Assembly (NCBI GenBank): GCA_035623335.1
Contig: DASPTQ010000124.1
Span: forward strand, 76,903-108,902
DNA length: 32,000 bases
From: Terriglobales bacterium
Lineage (GTDB): Bacteria; Acidobacteriota; Terriglobia; Terriglobales; Acidobacteriaceae
Reading direction: 5' to 3'
Shown: in pieces, positions 24,406 through 32,000 of the stretch
Layout of the letters: the number at the start of each line of letters is the position of its first letter
Numbering within the stretch: position 1 is the first letter of the stretch
Translations under genes and position numbers: made by a program
Notes under the pieces: model-generated
What the model saw: the letters and a program-made list of their open reading frames with translations, nothing else
Told to the model about the DNA's origin: nothing
Database searches by the model: none

Positions 24406-25146
24406 ATGAAGCGTTTGGCTGGATTCGTCGTTGTATTGCTGGCTGGTTCTCTGTTCGCTGCGACCTCGAAGAGCGTCTCTTACAAGAGCGGAGAGGACAA
24501 TGTCACCGGCGTCCTCTATGCTCCCGCAGGCAAGGGTCCATTCCCGGGCATCGTGGTGATCCATGAATGGTGGGGGCTGAACGACTGGGTCAAAGAGCAA
24601 GGCTCGAAGCTGGCGGATCAGGGCTACGTCGCCCTGGCGGTCGATCTCTACCGCGGCAAGGTTGCAACTACGCCGGATGAGGCGCACGAGATTATGCGGG
24701 GAGTTCCGGAAGATCGTGCGCAACGCGACTTACATGCTGCCGTAGAATTCCTCAAGGCGCAGAGCAATGTGAACAGGGACCGCATGGGAGCGATCGGGTG
24801 GTGCATGGGTGGCGGCTATGCGCTCGATGTAGCTCTTCTCGAGCCCAGCTTGCGCGCCGACGTCATCAACTACGGGCATCTCGCCACCGACCCGGGCTCT
24901 ATCGAGAAAATCCATGCCGCCGTTCTCGGGATCTTTGGCGGCCAGGATAAGGGCATTGCGGTCGAAGATGTGAAGAAGTTTGAACAAGCACTCAAGCAGC
25001 AAGGCAACAAGGTGGAAATCGTGATCTATCCGGACGCGGGCCATGCCTTCGAGAATCCCAATAACAAGACGGGATATCGCGCCGAGGATGCGGCCGATGC
25101 CTGGAAACGCACGGTTAACTTCCTGGCTAGCACGTTGAAGTCTTGA
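24406..25146 (+). CDS. Exported dienelactone hydrolase family protein
   Basis: Signal-like MKRLAGFVVVLLAGSLFAATS, then GIVVIHEWWGLNDWVKE, GWCMGGG and YPDAGHAF. AGGAGG SD. Confidence 0.8.
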   Translation: MKRLAGFVVVLLAGSLFAATSKSVSYKSGEDNVTGVLYAPAGKGPFPGIVVIHEWWGLNDWVKEQGSKLADQGYVALAVDLYRGKVATTPDEAHEIMRGVPEDRAQRDLHAAVEFLKAQSNVNRDRMGAIGWCMGGGYALDVALLEPSLRADVINYGHLATDPGSIEKIHAAVLGIFGGQDKGIAVEDVKKFEQALKQQGNKVEIVIYPDAGHAFENPNNKTGYRAEDAADAWKRTVNFLASTLKS

Positions 25147-25244
25147 TCGTCCAGGTCAGCCTGTGAAAAGTTCGTTTCGCCTTGAGAACCCGGCCAGCCT
25201 AGAAGCCTGAGTTTTGGGGTGTTAGCGAGTAAACAAGATTCCTC

Positions 25245-25273
25245 TTGAAAGATATTAGTAATCTGGTTACTAT
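25245..25273 (+). promoter_or_regulatory. Sigma-70-like promoter (TTGAAA-17 nt-TACTAT) with an embedded inverted repeat TAGTAA-N5-TTACTA (25256-25272), upstream of the XRE regulator
   Basis: -35 at 25245-25250 and -10 at 25268-25273, with a spacer of exactly 17 nt. The 6-bp perfect inverted repeat overlaps the spacer and the -10. The surrounding patch is AT-rich. Confidence 0.5.
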
Positions 25274-25314
25274 TCAGGGCATTCGTGGAGGACCGAACTG
25301 GGGCGGTTTCCTGT

Positions 25315-25665
25315 ATGAATATCGGTCAGAGCATCAGAAGCTACCGGCTGCAAAAGGGGATGTCCCAGGGCGATATTGAGAAGCGTACCGGCCTGCTGCG
25401 TTGCTATCTGTCCAGGGTGGAGAATGGCCACACCATTCCTTCTCTTGACACGCTCTCGAAGATTGCCGGGGCCATGGAGATTTCTCTTTCCCAATTCTTT
25501 TCCGATGCCGGGCACAGCAATGGCGCGAAGGGGCTGCCACAGCTCTCGGAAGACGAACTGCGCTTCCTCAGCCAGATCCGCCGCTACGCTGCGAGCCTTA
25601 ACGACAGTGACCGAAAGCTTGTCCTGGCGATGGTGAAGAAAATGGCAGCCAGCGTCGGACGTTAA
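25315..25665 (+). CDS. XRE-family helix-turn-helix transcriptional regulator
   Basis: MNIGQSIRSYRLQKGMSQGDIEKRTGLLRCYLSRVENGHTIPSLDTLSKIAGAMEISLSQFF. The ORF is open from GTG 25285, but the ATG at 25315 gives the canonical N-terminus. Confidence 0.8.
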   Translation: MNIGQSIRSYRLQKGMSQGDIEKRTGLLRCYLSRVENGHTIPSLDTLSKIAGAMEISLSQFFSDAGHSNGAKGLPQLSEDELRFLSQIRRYAASLNDSDRKLVLAMVKKMAASVGR

Positions 25666-25779
25666 TTGTGTGCCGGGGCCGCAAGTGGGTACGGCAGGCG
25701 GGTTTGTCTCTGGTTTCTGCCGCTCGTTGCTTCCTCAAAACCACCCTTCGATTTCGAGTCACCGAGGTCTCAGCGATCC

Positions 25780-25876
25780 CTATCGTAAATCCATGTACTC
25801 GGCCTTGGCTCGCTTCAGGATGGGGATCTCGGGGTCAGCGTCCTTCCAGAGAGTGAGGAAATCCTGGTAAGCGGCG
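25780..25876 (-). pseudogene. 3'-terminal remnant (~31 codons) of a gene encoding a '...YQDFLTLWKDADPEIPILKRAKAEYMDLR*' tail
   Basis: My minus-strand translation of 25876->25780 gives AAYQDFLTLWKDADPEIPILKRAKAEYMDLR followed by a stop. An in-frame TGA closes the frame at about 25913, and no upstream coding body exists. I recall this tail from C-termini of acidobacterial TPR/kinase-type proteins (from memory). Confidence 0.5.
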
Positions 25877-25880
25877 TGCG

Positions 25881-26291
25881 CACGAAGGGACGCTGGACAA
25901 ATTCATCGGCGATGCGATCCTAGCCACTTTTGGTGCCGCGCTGCCACAACCGGACCATGCCGTACGCTGCGTCCGAGCCGCGCTCGATATGTGCCAGGCT
26001 CTCGCCAGATTGAACTCCGCACCCGGCCGCCCGACGCTACGGATGCGCATCGCCATCAACAGCGGGTGCGCCCTGATCGGCGACATCGGTTCTCCCAAGC
26101 GCCGGGAGTTTACAGTGCTGGGTGATGTGGTCAACACGGCTTCGAGGCTCGAATCGAGCATGGCTCGACCTGACCAAATTGTCATCAGCGGCGCTACCTA
26201 CCGGCTCCTCAAGGATGAGATCGAGTCGCGACCTCTTGGCTCGGTGAATCTGCGCGGTCGTTCCCAACCGGCAGATATTTACGAGGTTTGA
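25881..26291 (+). pseudogene. 5'-truncated class III adenylate/guanylate cyclase catalytic domain
   Basis: The frame opens only at 25857 and reads ...HEGTLDKFIGDAILATFGAA...LRMRIAINSGCALIGDIGSPKRREFTVLGDVVNTASRLES...IVISGATY. The first ~50-70 aa of the domain, including the first metal-binding segment, and any sensor domains are absent. Confidence 0.7.
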
Positions 26292-26362
26292 AAGCGGCCC
26301 TTTGATCGGCATGATCGCGGGGAATCGAATCGCCTGCAGGGTTCTTTTCTCGGGAGGGAAAA

Positions 26363-26710
26363 ATGATTTCCGGCGCCCACGTAGTGGTCTACAGCAGGAA
26401 CGCTGAGGCGGATCGCGCCTTTTTCCGCGACATTCTCGGGTTCAAATCGGTGGATGCGGGTCACGGCTGGTTGATCTTCGCCCTACCGCCGACAGAAGCC
26501 GCATTTCATCCTTCGGAAGGAGATGTCCACGAACTTTACTTTATGTGCGACGATCTGAAGACCGAGATGGCTGCGCTCATGAGAAAGGGTGTTGAGTGCT
26601 CTAACGTTGAGGAGGCGCGATGGGGTTCCGTTACAAAGATGCGGCTTCCCAGTGGTGGCAACGTCGGGCTTTATCAGCCAAAGCACCCAACAGCCATAGC
26701 TTCGAAATGA
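26363..26710 (+). CDS. VOC (glyoxalase/bleomycin-resistance/dioxygenase) family protein
   Basis: 115 aa. VVVYSRNAEADRAFFRDILGF, then HELYFMCDDL. GGGAGGGA SD upstream. Confidence 0.75.
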   Translation: MISGAHVVVYSRNAEADRAFFRDILGFKSVDAGHGWLIFALPPTEAAFHPSEGDVHELYFMCDDLKTEMAALMRKGVECSNVEEARWGSVTKMRLPSGGNVGLYQPKHPTAIASK

Positions 26711-26767
26711 CGACTGCGCGCAGCCTTGAACAAGTTTATCGTTTCGGCGTATAAACCTTAGCCACCT

Positions 26768-28819
26768 ATGAATATCTCGAAGACCGCCTGCACGTTGGTT
26801 TCGCTTGCCATCTTCACATCTCTAATTCCAGCGCAGCAAGGCCAGTCGCCCGTGCCAGAGCTGCCGCCGGACATTCCGAAGAACGCGACGCTCTGGCTTC
26901 AGGTGACCGACAAGACGCCGGCCGGGCAGGATGCGGTGTGGACCACGCCAGACGGGACGGTGTACGAGTTTTATCAGTTCAACGACCGGGGTCGCGGCCC
27001 CAAGACCTATTCGACATACCGCCTCGATCGCCGAGGAATCGTTACCTTCGACGAAACCAAGGGCGTTGACTACATGAAAAACCCGGTCAACGAGACCTTC
27101 AGCATGAACGACGGCACCGCGAGATGGAAGAACCAGGCTGAGGACGGACATCGAGACAATTCTGCCGGCCGATATTTCGTCGATCTCGACGGCGGCCCCA
27201 CCAGCTTGTTCCTGCTGGTGAAGGCGCTGCTGATGAACGGCAATAAGTTATCGCTGTTACCCGGCGGCGAGGCCAGCCTGCGCGAGCTGCAGACGGTCCC
27301 GGTCGAAGCCGACGGGAAAAAAGTCAGCGTGACGCTCTACGCCGTCGACGGCCTCTCGTTCACTCCCACCTACGTGTGGCTGGATGACCAGCATAACTTC
27401 GTTGCATCGGTGTACGGCTGGTCGGGACTGGTCCGCGAGGGTTACCAAGGCGCGATTGACGAGCTGTATAAGGTGCAAGAGCAAGTGCAATCGGAGCGGG
27501 CAGCGGAACTCGCGAAGCGGCTCGTACACCACCCTAAGGGCGATCTCGTCTTTGAGAACGTCACCCTCTTCGATTCGGTGAATGCCAAAGCAGTTCTCTC
27601 TCAGCGTGTGACGGTTCGGGGCGAGCGCATTGTCAGTGTCGAAGCTGAGAAGGGACAGGCAACAGCGGCGAACGCGCAAATAATTGATGGCAGCGGCAAG
27701 ATGTTGCTTCCCGGTTTATGGGACATGCACCAGCACTTCTTCCCCGACCTTGCCATGTTTGATATTGCGGCGGGCATCACGACGGGGCGCGACCTTGGCA
27801 ACTCGATTGATGAGTTGGGCAAGCTGAAAAAGCACATCGAGCAGGGTGAGCAGATCGGGCCCCGCATCATCCCCGCCGGATTCATCGACGGCCCTGGTCC
27901 CTTTGAGGGCCCAATCAAGGTTTTGGCCGCCACTCCCGCAGAGGCCCGGGAGCGCGTCGACCACTACGCCGAGCTCGGCTACGTGCAGATCAAGATCTAC
28001 AGCTCCGTCAAACCTGAACTGGTTCCTGTCATCATTGAGGAAGCCCATCGGCTTGGGCTGAGGGTGAGCGGGCACGTGCCCTCGGGGATGATTGCGGAGC
28101 AGTTCGTGCGTGATGGAGCTGACGAAATCCAACACATGAATTTCGTCATGCTCAACTTCATGCTCGACGTCACGGAAACGCGCACTCCGGCGCGCTTCAC
28201 CGAGCCGGGCAAGCGGGCCGCCGGCCTTGACCTGAATTCCCTGCAGGTGACCCAGTTCATCGCGCTGCTGAAGGAACATCACACCGTCATCGATCCAACC
28301 ATGGCAATCTGGGAGGAGACGTACACTGACCGGCCGGGCAAGACCCCTAGGATGGACGCCTACATGTTCGACCGTCTTCCCCTACAGATTCAGCGCAATG
28401 CGAAAACTGCGAGTCAGTCCTTGCCGGTGCCCGACGCGGCCACGGACCAGCTGTATCGCGCCTCGTACGCGAACTTTGTGCATATGTTGAAGAAGCTGTA
28501 CGACAATGGCATCACCATCGTAGCCGGCACCGATCTGGGCTCCGGCTATGCGCTGCACCGGGAACTTGAGATTTACAACCAGTCAGGAATTGCCGCTCCG
28601 GAAGTGCTGCGCATGGCCACTCTGACCGCCGCCCAAGTCATGAAGCGCGATAGCGAATTGGGCTCCATTGCACCTGGCAAACTTGCCGACCTGATTCTGG
28701 TCGAGGGCGACCCGTCAACAAACATCAGTGACATCCGCAAGATCGACACGGTGACCAAAGGGGGCGCCGTGATGTATCCGAAGGAGCTCTATCCGGCGAT
28801 GGGGATCCGCGTACCGTAG
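26768..28819 (+). CDS. Exported amidohydrolase family protein with a ~300-aa N-terminal extension
   Basis: Signal-like MNISKTACTLVSLAIFTSLIPAQQ. The catalytic part has GSGKMLLPGLWDMHQHF, VSGHVP, IQHMNF, VAGTDLGSG and GSIAPGKLADLILVEGDP. Confidence 0.8.
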   Translation: MNISKTACTLVSLAIFTSLIPAQQGQSPVPELPPDIPKNATLWLQVTDKTPAGQDAVWTTPDGTVYEFYQFNDRGRGPKTYSTYRLDRRGIVTFDETKGVDYMKNPVNETFSMNDGTARWKNQAEDGHRDNSAGRYFVDLDGGPTSLFLLVKALLMNGNKLSLLPGGEASLRELQTVPVEADGKKVSVTLYAVDGLSFTPTYVWLDDQHNFVASVYGWSGLVREGYQGAIDELYKVQEQVQSERAAELAKRLVHHPKGDLVFENVTLFDSVNAKAVLSQRVTVRGERIVSVEAEKGQATAANAQIIDGSGKMLLPGLWDMHQHFFPDLAMFDIAAGITTGRDLGNSIDELGKLKKHIEQGEQIGPRIIPAGFIDGPGPFEGPIKVLAATPAEARERVDHYAELGYVQIKIYSSVKPELVPVIIEEAHRLGLRVSGHVPSGMIAEQFVRDGADEIQHMNFVMLNFMLDVTETRTPARFTEPGKRAAGLDLNSLQVTQFIALLKEHHTVIDPTMAIWEETYTDRPGKTPRMDAYMFDRLPLQIQRNAKTASQSLPVPDAATDQLYRASYANFVHMLKKLYDNGITIVAGTDLGSGYALHRELEIYNQSGIAAPEVLRMATLTAAQVMKRDSELGSIAPGKLADLILVEGDPSTNISDIRKIDTVTKGGAVMYPKELYPAMGIRVP

Positions 28820-29047
28820 CTCAAGGGATGCTTGCCTTGGGGGGTCCGGATCGACGCTAAGAACCCCTCGACGATGATAATTCGTAGTGTCCTAGTGTGC
28901 ACAACCCGGATTTAGACATAGCGGAGCCTCCTAGGAAATGATTTGGCACAAAGCTAACCGCGGGCCCAATTCAACCCTGTGCGCTCGCCTCGGTGCAACC
29001 AATCAAGTACCGGCCATCACGCAAACCTGTACCGCGCAGACTGGTTC

Positions 29048-30340
29048 TCAAGGCTTCAGCATGCCGTGCCTACGGAGTATGGCCTGCAGCTGATCGTGCG
29101 GTATGGCGGGCACGACCCAGTAGTCGGCGCCGGTCATGGTCTTGGCGGCGATGATGGCATTAATCACGGATTCCTCAACCGCCTGCACGACGGCAGCAAA
29201 CAATGCGTCCATTTTCCAGCTTTGCAAGCGCTCGACCTTGGCATTGGCCGCGGTGAAGGGCGGTTCCGCGCTGTTGCCTTCGTCGGCGCCGACGTTGGCG
29301 GTGGAGAAGGCCAGGAAAATGTCGCCGGATTCGTCTCCTTCAATGGCTCCGACACGTCCTAAGCCGACGGACACGCGCCGGGCGACGCGCTTGAGCTGAT
29401 CGGGGGTCAGTGGTGCGTCCGTGGCGACGATCACAATGATGGAACCCATTTCCGGGGTGCGCATACCATCGGCCGTGGTGGCGACGTTGGGAGCGCAGAC
29501 GGGAGCGGGATTGCCGTCCCAATCGAGGACGGGAGGCTCGAGCCCTTTCGCGACGCAGGGCGGGTGCAGGTTCATCTCGCGCGCGACCGGAATTCCAGCG
29601 AGGCGCAGCTGATTTGAACTTCCGTAGTTGCACTGCACCAGCACGCCGACGGTGTAGCCCCCAGCGGCTGACTCGAGTTTGCGCGACGACGTGCCGGTAC
29701 CGCCTTTGAATCCGTTGCAGACCATGCCGGTGCCGCCGCCCACGTTGCCTTCGAGCAGCGGCCGGCTGGCTGCGGAGTTGAGCGCGTCCAAAGCGTCCTG
29801 CGTGGTGACGTGCTGACCGCGGATATCATTCAGGGGCCAATCGGCGGTTTCCGCCGAGACCGGGTACCAGAACGCGCCGAAGTGGTTGTGCTGGACCATC
29901 CAGGCCACGGCGGCATCGCGGACGACGCCGACACTCCCGGTGTTGGTGATGAGGATAGGAGTTTCGAGCACGCCGCTCTCGTCGATCCAGTGCGTGCCGG
30001 TCATATCGCCGTTGCCGTTTCCGGCGAAGTAGCCGGCGAATACGCTGTGGGGGTTCGATTTTCCGCGCGGGAAGATGGCGGTAACTCCGGTTCGTACCGG
30101 GCCTTTTCCGATGACAAGGCGGCCTTCTCCGGAGATGAGCGTTTTGAATCCGACCTCGACTCCAGCGACGTCGGTGATGGCGTTGAACGGTCCAGGTATG
30201 CCGTCGAAGGGAATGCCGAGATCGCGGGCTCGGGGTTCGGGTGAGTGGGGCGCAGGGGGATTCTGCGCGAAGGCTCGGACTGGACCAGAGGGCGATAGGA
30301 ACAGACCAACGATAGCCAGAGTACAAGCGAGTTTCATCAC
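29048..30340 (-). CDS. Exported peptidase S58 / DmpA-type (L-aminopeptidase/D-esterase, beta-aminopeptidase family)
   Basis: Signal-like MMKLACTLAIVGLFLSPSGPVRAFAQ, then GPFNAITDVAGVEVGFKT, GPVRTGVTAIFP, GNVGGGTGMVCNGFKGGTGTSS and IIVIVATDAPL. Confidence 0.8.
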   Translation of the reverse strand: MMKLACTLAIVGLFLSPSGPVRAFAQNPPAPHSPEPRARDLGIPFDGIPGPFNAITDVAGVEVGFKTLISGEGRLVIGKGPVRTGVTAIFPRGKSNPHSVFAGYFAGNGNGDMTGTHWIDESGVLETPILITNTGSVGVVRDAAVAWMVQHNHFGAFWYPVSAETADWPLNDIRGQHVTTQDALDALNSAASRPLLEGNVGGGTGMVCNGFKGGTGTSSRKLESAAGGYTVGVLVQCNYGSSNQLRLAGIPVAREMNLHPPCVAKGLEPPVLDWDGNPAPVCAPNVATTADGMRTPEMGSIIVIVATDAPLTPDQLKRVARRVSVGLGRVGAIEGDESGDIFLAFSTANVGADEGNSAEPPFTAANAKVERLQSWKMDALFAAVVQAVEESVINAIIAAKTMTGADYWVVPAIPHDQLQAILRRHGMLKP

Positions 30341-30460
30341 GGTTCTCCCTGGGGTCAGGAGTTACAAGTCAAAGCGCTTGATTTGCCATTCAAGGCTAGT
30401 CGACCGAGTTGGGCTTCACAGGCAGTTCTGCGCCAGCCAAGAAGCGGAGCACCTCTTTCA

Positions 30461-31146
30461 TTACACGGTTTGCTTGGTCGGTTTGAAACAGAAACTGGGA
30501 TGGGCCGAACCGTCAAGCACGATAAGCTCCTTGGGCTGGGGTGCTTTGTCAAACCAATCGCGAATACGAGGTAGCCGTAGTCCTGCCTCGTTGGCATCAT
30601 CTCGCGCGATTATGATTAGCAAGGGAGACTGGATTCGCTCCGCCGGGCCATTTCCTTTGGCCGCAAGAAGGATCAGCCGATTAATTTCACCTGGTTGAGA
30701 CCCAATCGAGGCGTCCGCGGCGGCGGCAGCCCCGAAACTGCCTCCCATGACTGACACGGTTTTGACACCATTCTTTCGCAGATAACGGACGGCTGCCAGC
30801 ACGTCAAGCTGCACAGGCGCAGTATACATATCGGAATCTCCCGGGCCGTGCGACTTGCCGAAGCCACGAAAATCAAAGGCTAAGACGCGAAAGCCTGCTC
30901 TTGCTAAGGATTGGGCTTGCGGTTGCCAGCTCTCTTTGGTAAAGCGACCGCCATGCGCAAGCACCACCCCCGACCCCCTTTACCATAGAGGTCGGCATAG
31001 ATGAGCCCGTTGTCCTCGGTTGTAAAGGAAACATGCTCTACGTTCACCTCCGACGTGTCATGCGAAAGCACGGGCGAGGGTGCCTCCACTCGAGCAAGAA
31101 CAAAGCAGGCATAGAGAATCAGAAGCGGCGACGGCGAGTGCATCAT
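30461..31146 (-). pseudogene. Alpha/beta hydrolase split by a 1-nt frameshift in a C5/G5 homopolymer (30967-30971)
   Basis: The upstream ORF (31146->30904) ends ...LIYADLYGKGGRG, then goes out of frame. The downstream ORF (30967->30461) begins VVLAHGGRFTKESW... and contains VMGGSFG and DGSAH. One extra G on the coding strand would join them as ...GKGGRGVVLAHGG... Confidence 0.7.
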
Positions 31147-31179
31147 GCTGCCACAGTCGTGAGATATCGTGGCCGTCGG

Positions 31180-31758
31180 CTACGCGGCGGCAACTGGCCC
31201 GGCCCAACTGGCAATCGTCTCCACGGCCGAACGATAGCTAATTTCCACCAGCTTGTCCAGGGAATGCCAGTCGAGCAGCTTGTGCTCGGCAACCGGCGGC
31301 GCGAATACCAAGTCGGCAGTCTGCTCGCCCAGGGGCAACGGCGCGGCACTTCTGAGGATTCCGCGGATGCTGGGCACGCGGATCGGCGTGCCGAACGGGT
31401 TCAGGCGGAGATCCTTATCCGCAAGCGATGGGGAAAGAAACGACGTGACCAAATTTCCTCGGTTGGCTTCGGCGGTGTCAGGATCGGATGAAGAAATCCT
31501 GCATGGCCGGTGGTCGTGCACCAACTCGGGCTGGTTCTCATTGTCGCCTAGGAGACGCGGTTTCAGCCTCTGACTCTGAGCCAAATCGACAAGGAGCATC
31601 TTCAAAATCTTGATCTCCTCGCTCTCCGCAACCGAGACAGCGTCTCGTTCGCGTTTCTGGAGGCGTTCCTCGAACGACGCTGGATGCCCGTGCAGGAGTC
31701 GAAGGCCGTCCGTCTTGTCATGCCGAACACCGCCGAGTTGCATACGCTTCTCTCGCAT
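31180..31758 (-). CDS. Hypothetical protein (192 aa)
   Basis: The ATG at 31758 is preceded by GGAG with 6-nt spacing. Third codon positions are strongly G/C. I recognise no family (...PIRVPSIRGILRSAAPLPLGEQTADLVFAPPVAEHKLLDWHSLDKLVEISY...). Confidence 0.5.
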   Translation of the reverse strand: MREKRMQLGGVRHDKTDGLRLLHGHPASFEERLQKRERDAVSVAESEEIKILKMLLVDLAQSQRLKPRLLGDNENQPELVHDHRPCRISSSDPDTAEANRGNLVTSFLSPSLADKDLRLNPFGTPIRVPSIRGILRSAAPLPLGEQTADLVFAPPVAEHKLLDWHSLDKLVEISYRSAVETIASWAGPVAAA

Positions 31759-31774
31759 CTCGAACTCCGGCCGA

Positions 31775-32000
31775 TCAACTGCGATGGAACGGGCAGTGGC
31801 TTCCGAGCGGCCGCGTTTTCCCTACACTGCCTGACGAAGCGAGCGCCGGTACCCTCTCGCAATTGACGAACATGCGGTTTTGCTCCGTTTTCTGCCGCAA
31901 CATGACCCGCATGGGCATCCCGTTCTTGGGAAGCAAGAACATGCGCGCCGATGGTTCCGGTTCAAAGCCTGGGTCGAGCTCGAAGTGGGCGGCGCGCACA
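31775..32000 (-). CDS. Hypothetical protein, C-terminal part (5' end lies outside the window)
   Basis: The frame is open to the window edge. Third codon positions are strongly G/C (...HFELDPGFEPEPSARMFLLPKNGMPMRVMLRQKTEQNRMFVNCERV...). Stop at 31772-31774, 13 nt before the next gene's ATG. Confidence 0.45.
   Translation of the reverse strand, partial: VRAAHFELDPGFEPEPSARMFLLPKNGMPMRVMLRQKTEQNRMFVNCERVPALASSGSVGKTRPLGSHCPFHRS

Noticed and set aside
25989-26291. The 100-aa ORF called as an intact small adenylate cyclase.
   Set aside because: Homology to the cyclase domain continues upstream of its ATG to ~25881, in a frame that has no start codon there. The N-terminal half of the catalytic domain is missing, so it is treated as a truncated remnant.
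31602-31862. Reading the two right-edge ORFs as one gene broken by a frameshift, given three overlapping minus-strand ORFs and a T4/C3 run near 31816.
   Set aside because: The upstream frame ends at a proper stop (31772-31774). It is followed by GGAG, a 6-nt spacer and the ATG at 31758, which is a normal operon junction. The third ORF (31602-31862) is an out-of-frame shadow.
1-32000. CRISPR arrays, rRNA genes, IS elements with terminal inverted repeats, and prophage structural genes.
   Set aside because: I saw no regularly spaced direct repeats, no rRNA-like segments, no transposase-like ORFs and no phage structural motifs. The only recombinase is the small serine recombinase at 6513-7097.

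Overview
High-GC bacterial chromosomal DNA. My spot counts of 60-nt blocks give about 58-72% GC in core genes. Protein idioms (a TolB-like propeller tail, many exported hydrolases, and a '...LWKDADPEIPILK.AKAEY' C-terminal tail that I recall from Acidobacteria) suggest an Acidobacteriota-like genome; this is inference only. I support about 30 protein-coding genes and saw no rRNA, tRNA or CRISPR array.

Content from left to right:
- A TolB-like fragment and a class-C-type serine hydrolase.
- A citrate-lyase block: citF plus a fused citD-citE.
- A lower-GC patch with an exported Ca-binding (TSP3-repeat) protein, a small serine recombinase and a translationally coupled small ORF.
- A four-gene minus-strand operon: variant HD protein, PrpD-family protein, fused aconitase-family protein, IDH/IPMDH-family dehydrogenase.
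- An exported Ig-like protein.
- An ~800-bp non-coding gap with internal repeats.
- An adenosine module: exported ADA2-like deaminase, trimeric PNP, and a convergent exported DUF62 SAM hydrolase.
- Housekeeping genes: IHF/HU, sppA, purM, a double-length thyX-like gene, fabG.
- A GNAT and a dienelactone hydrolase.
- An orphan XRE regulator with a clear promoter/operator.
- Two gene remnants fused head-to-head at a palindrome.
- A VOC protein.
- Exported hydrolases: amidohydrolase, DmpA/S58 peptidase, and a frameshifted alpha/beta hydrolase.
- Two unknown genes at the right edge.

The most system-like candidates are the PrpD/aconitase/dehydrogenase/HD operon, which matches no textbook tricarboxylate pathway, and the exported SAM-to-hypoxanthine module. 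All functional calls come from motif recognition by eye; no searches were run.
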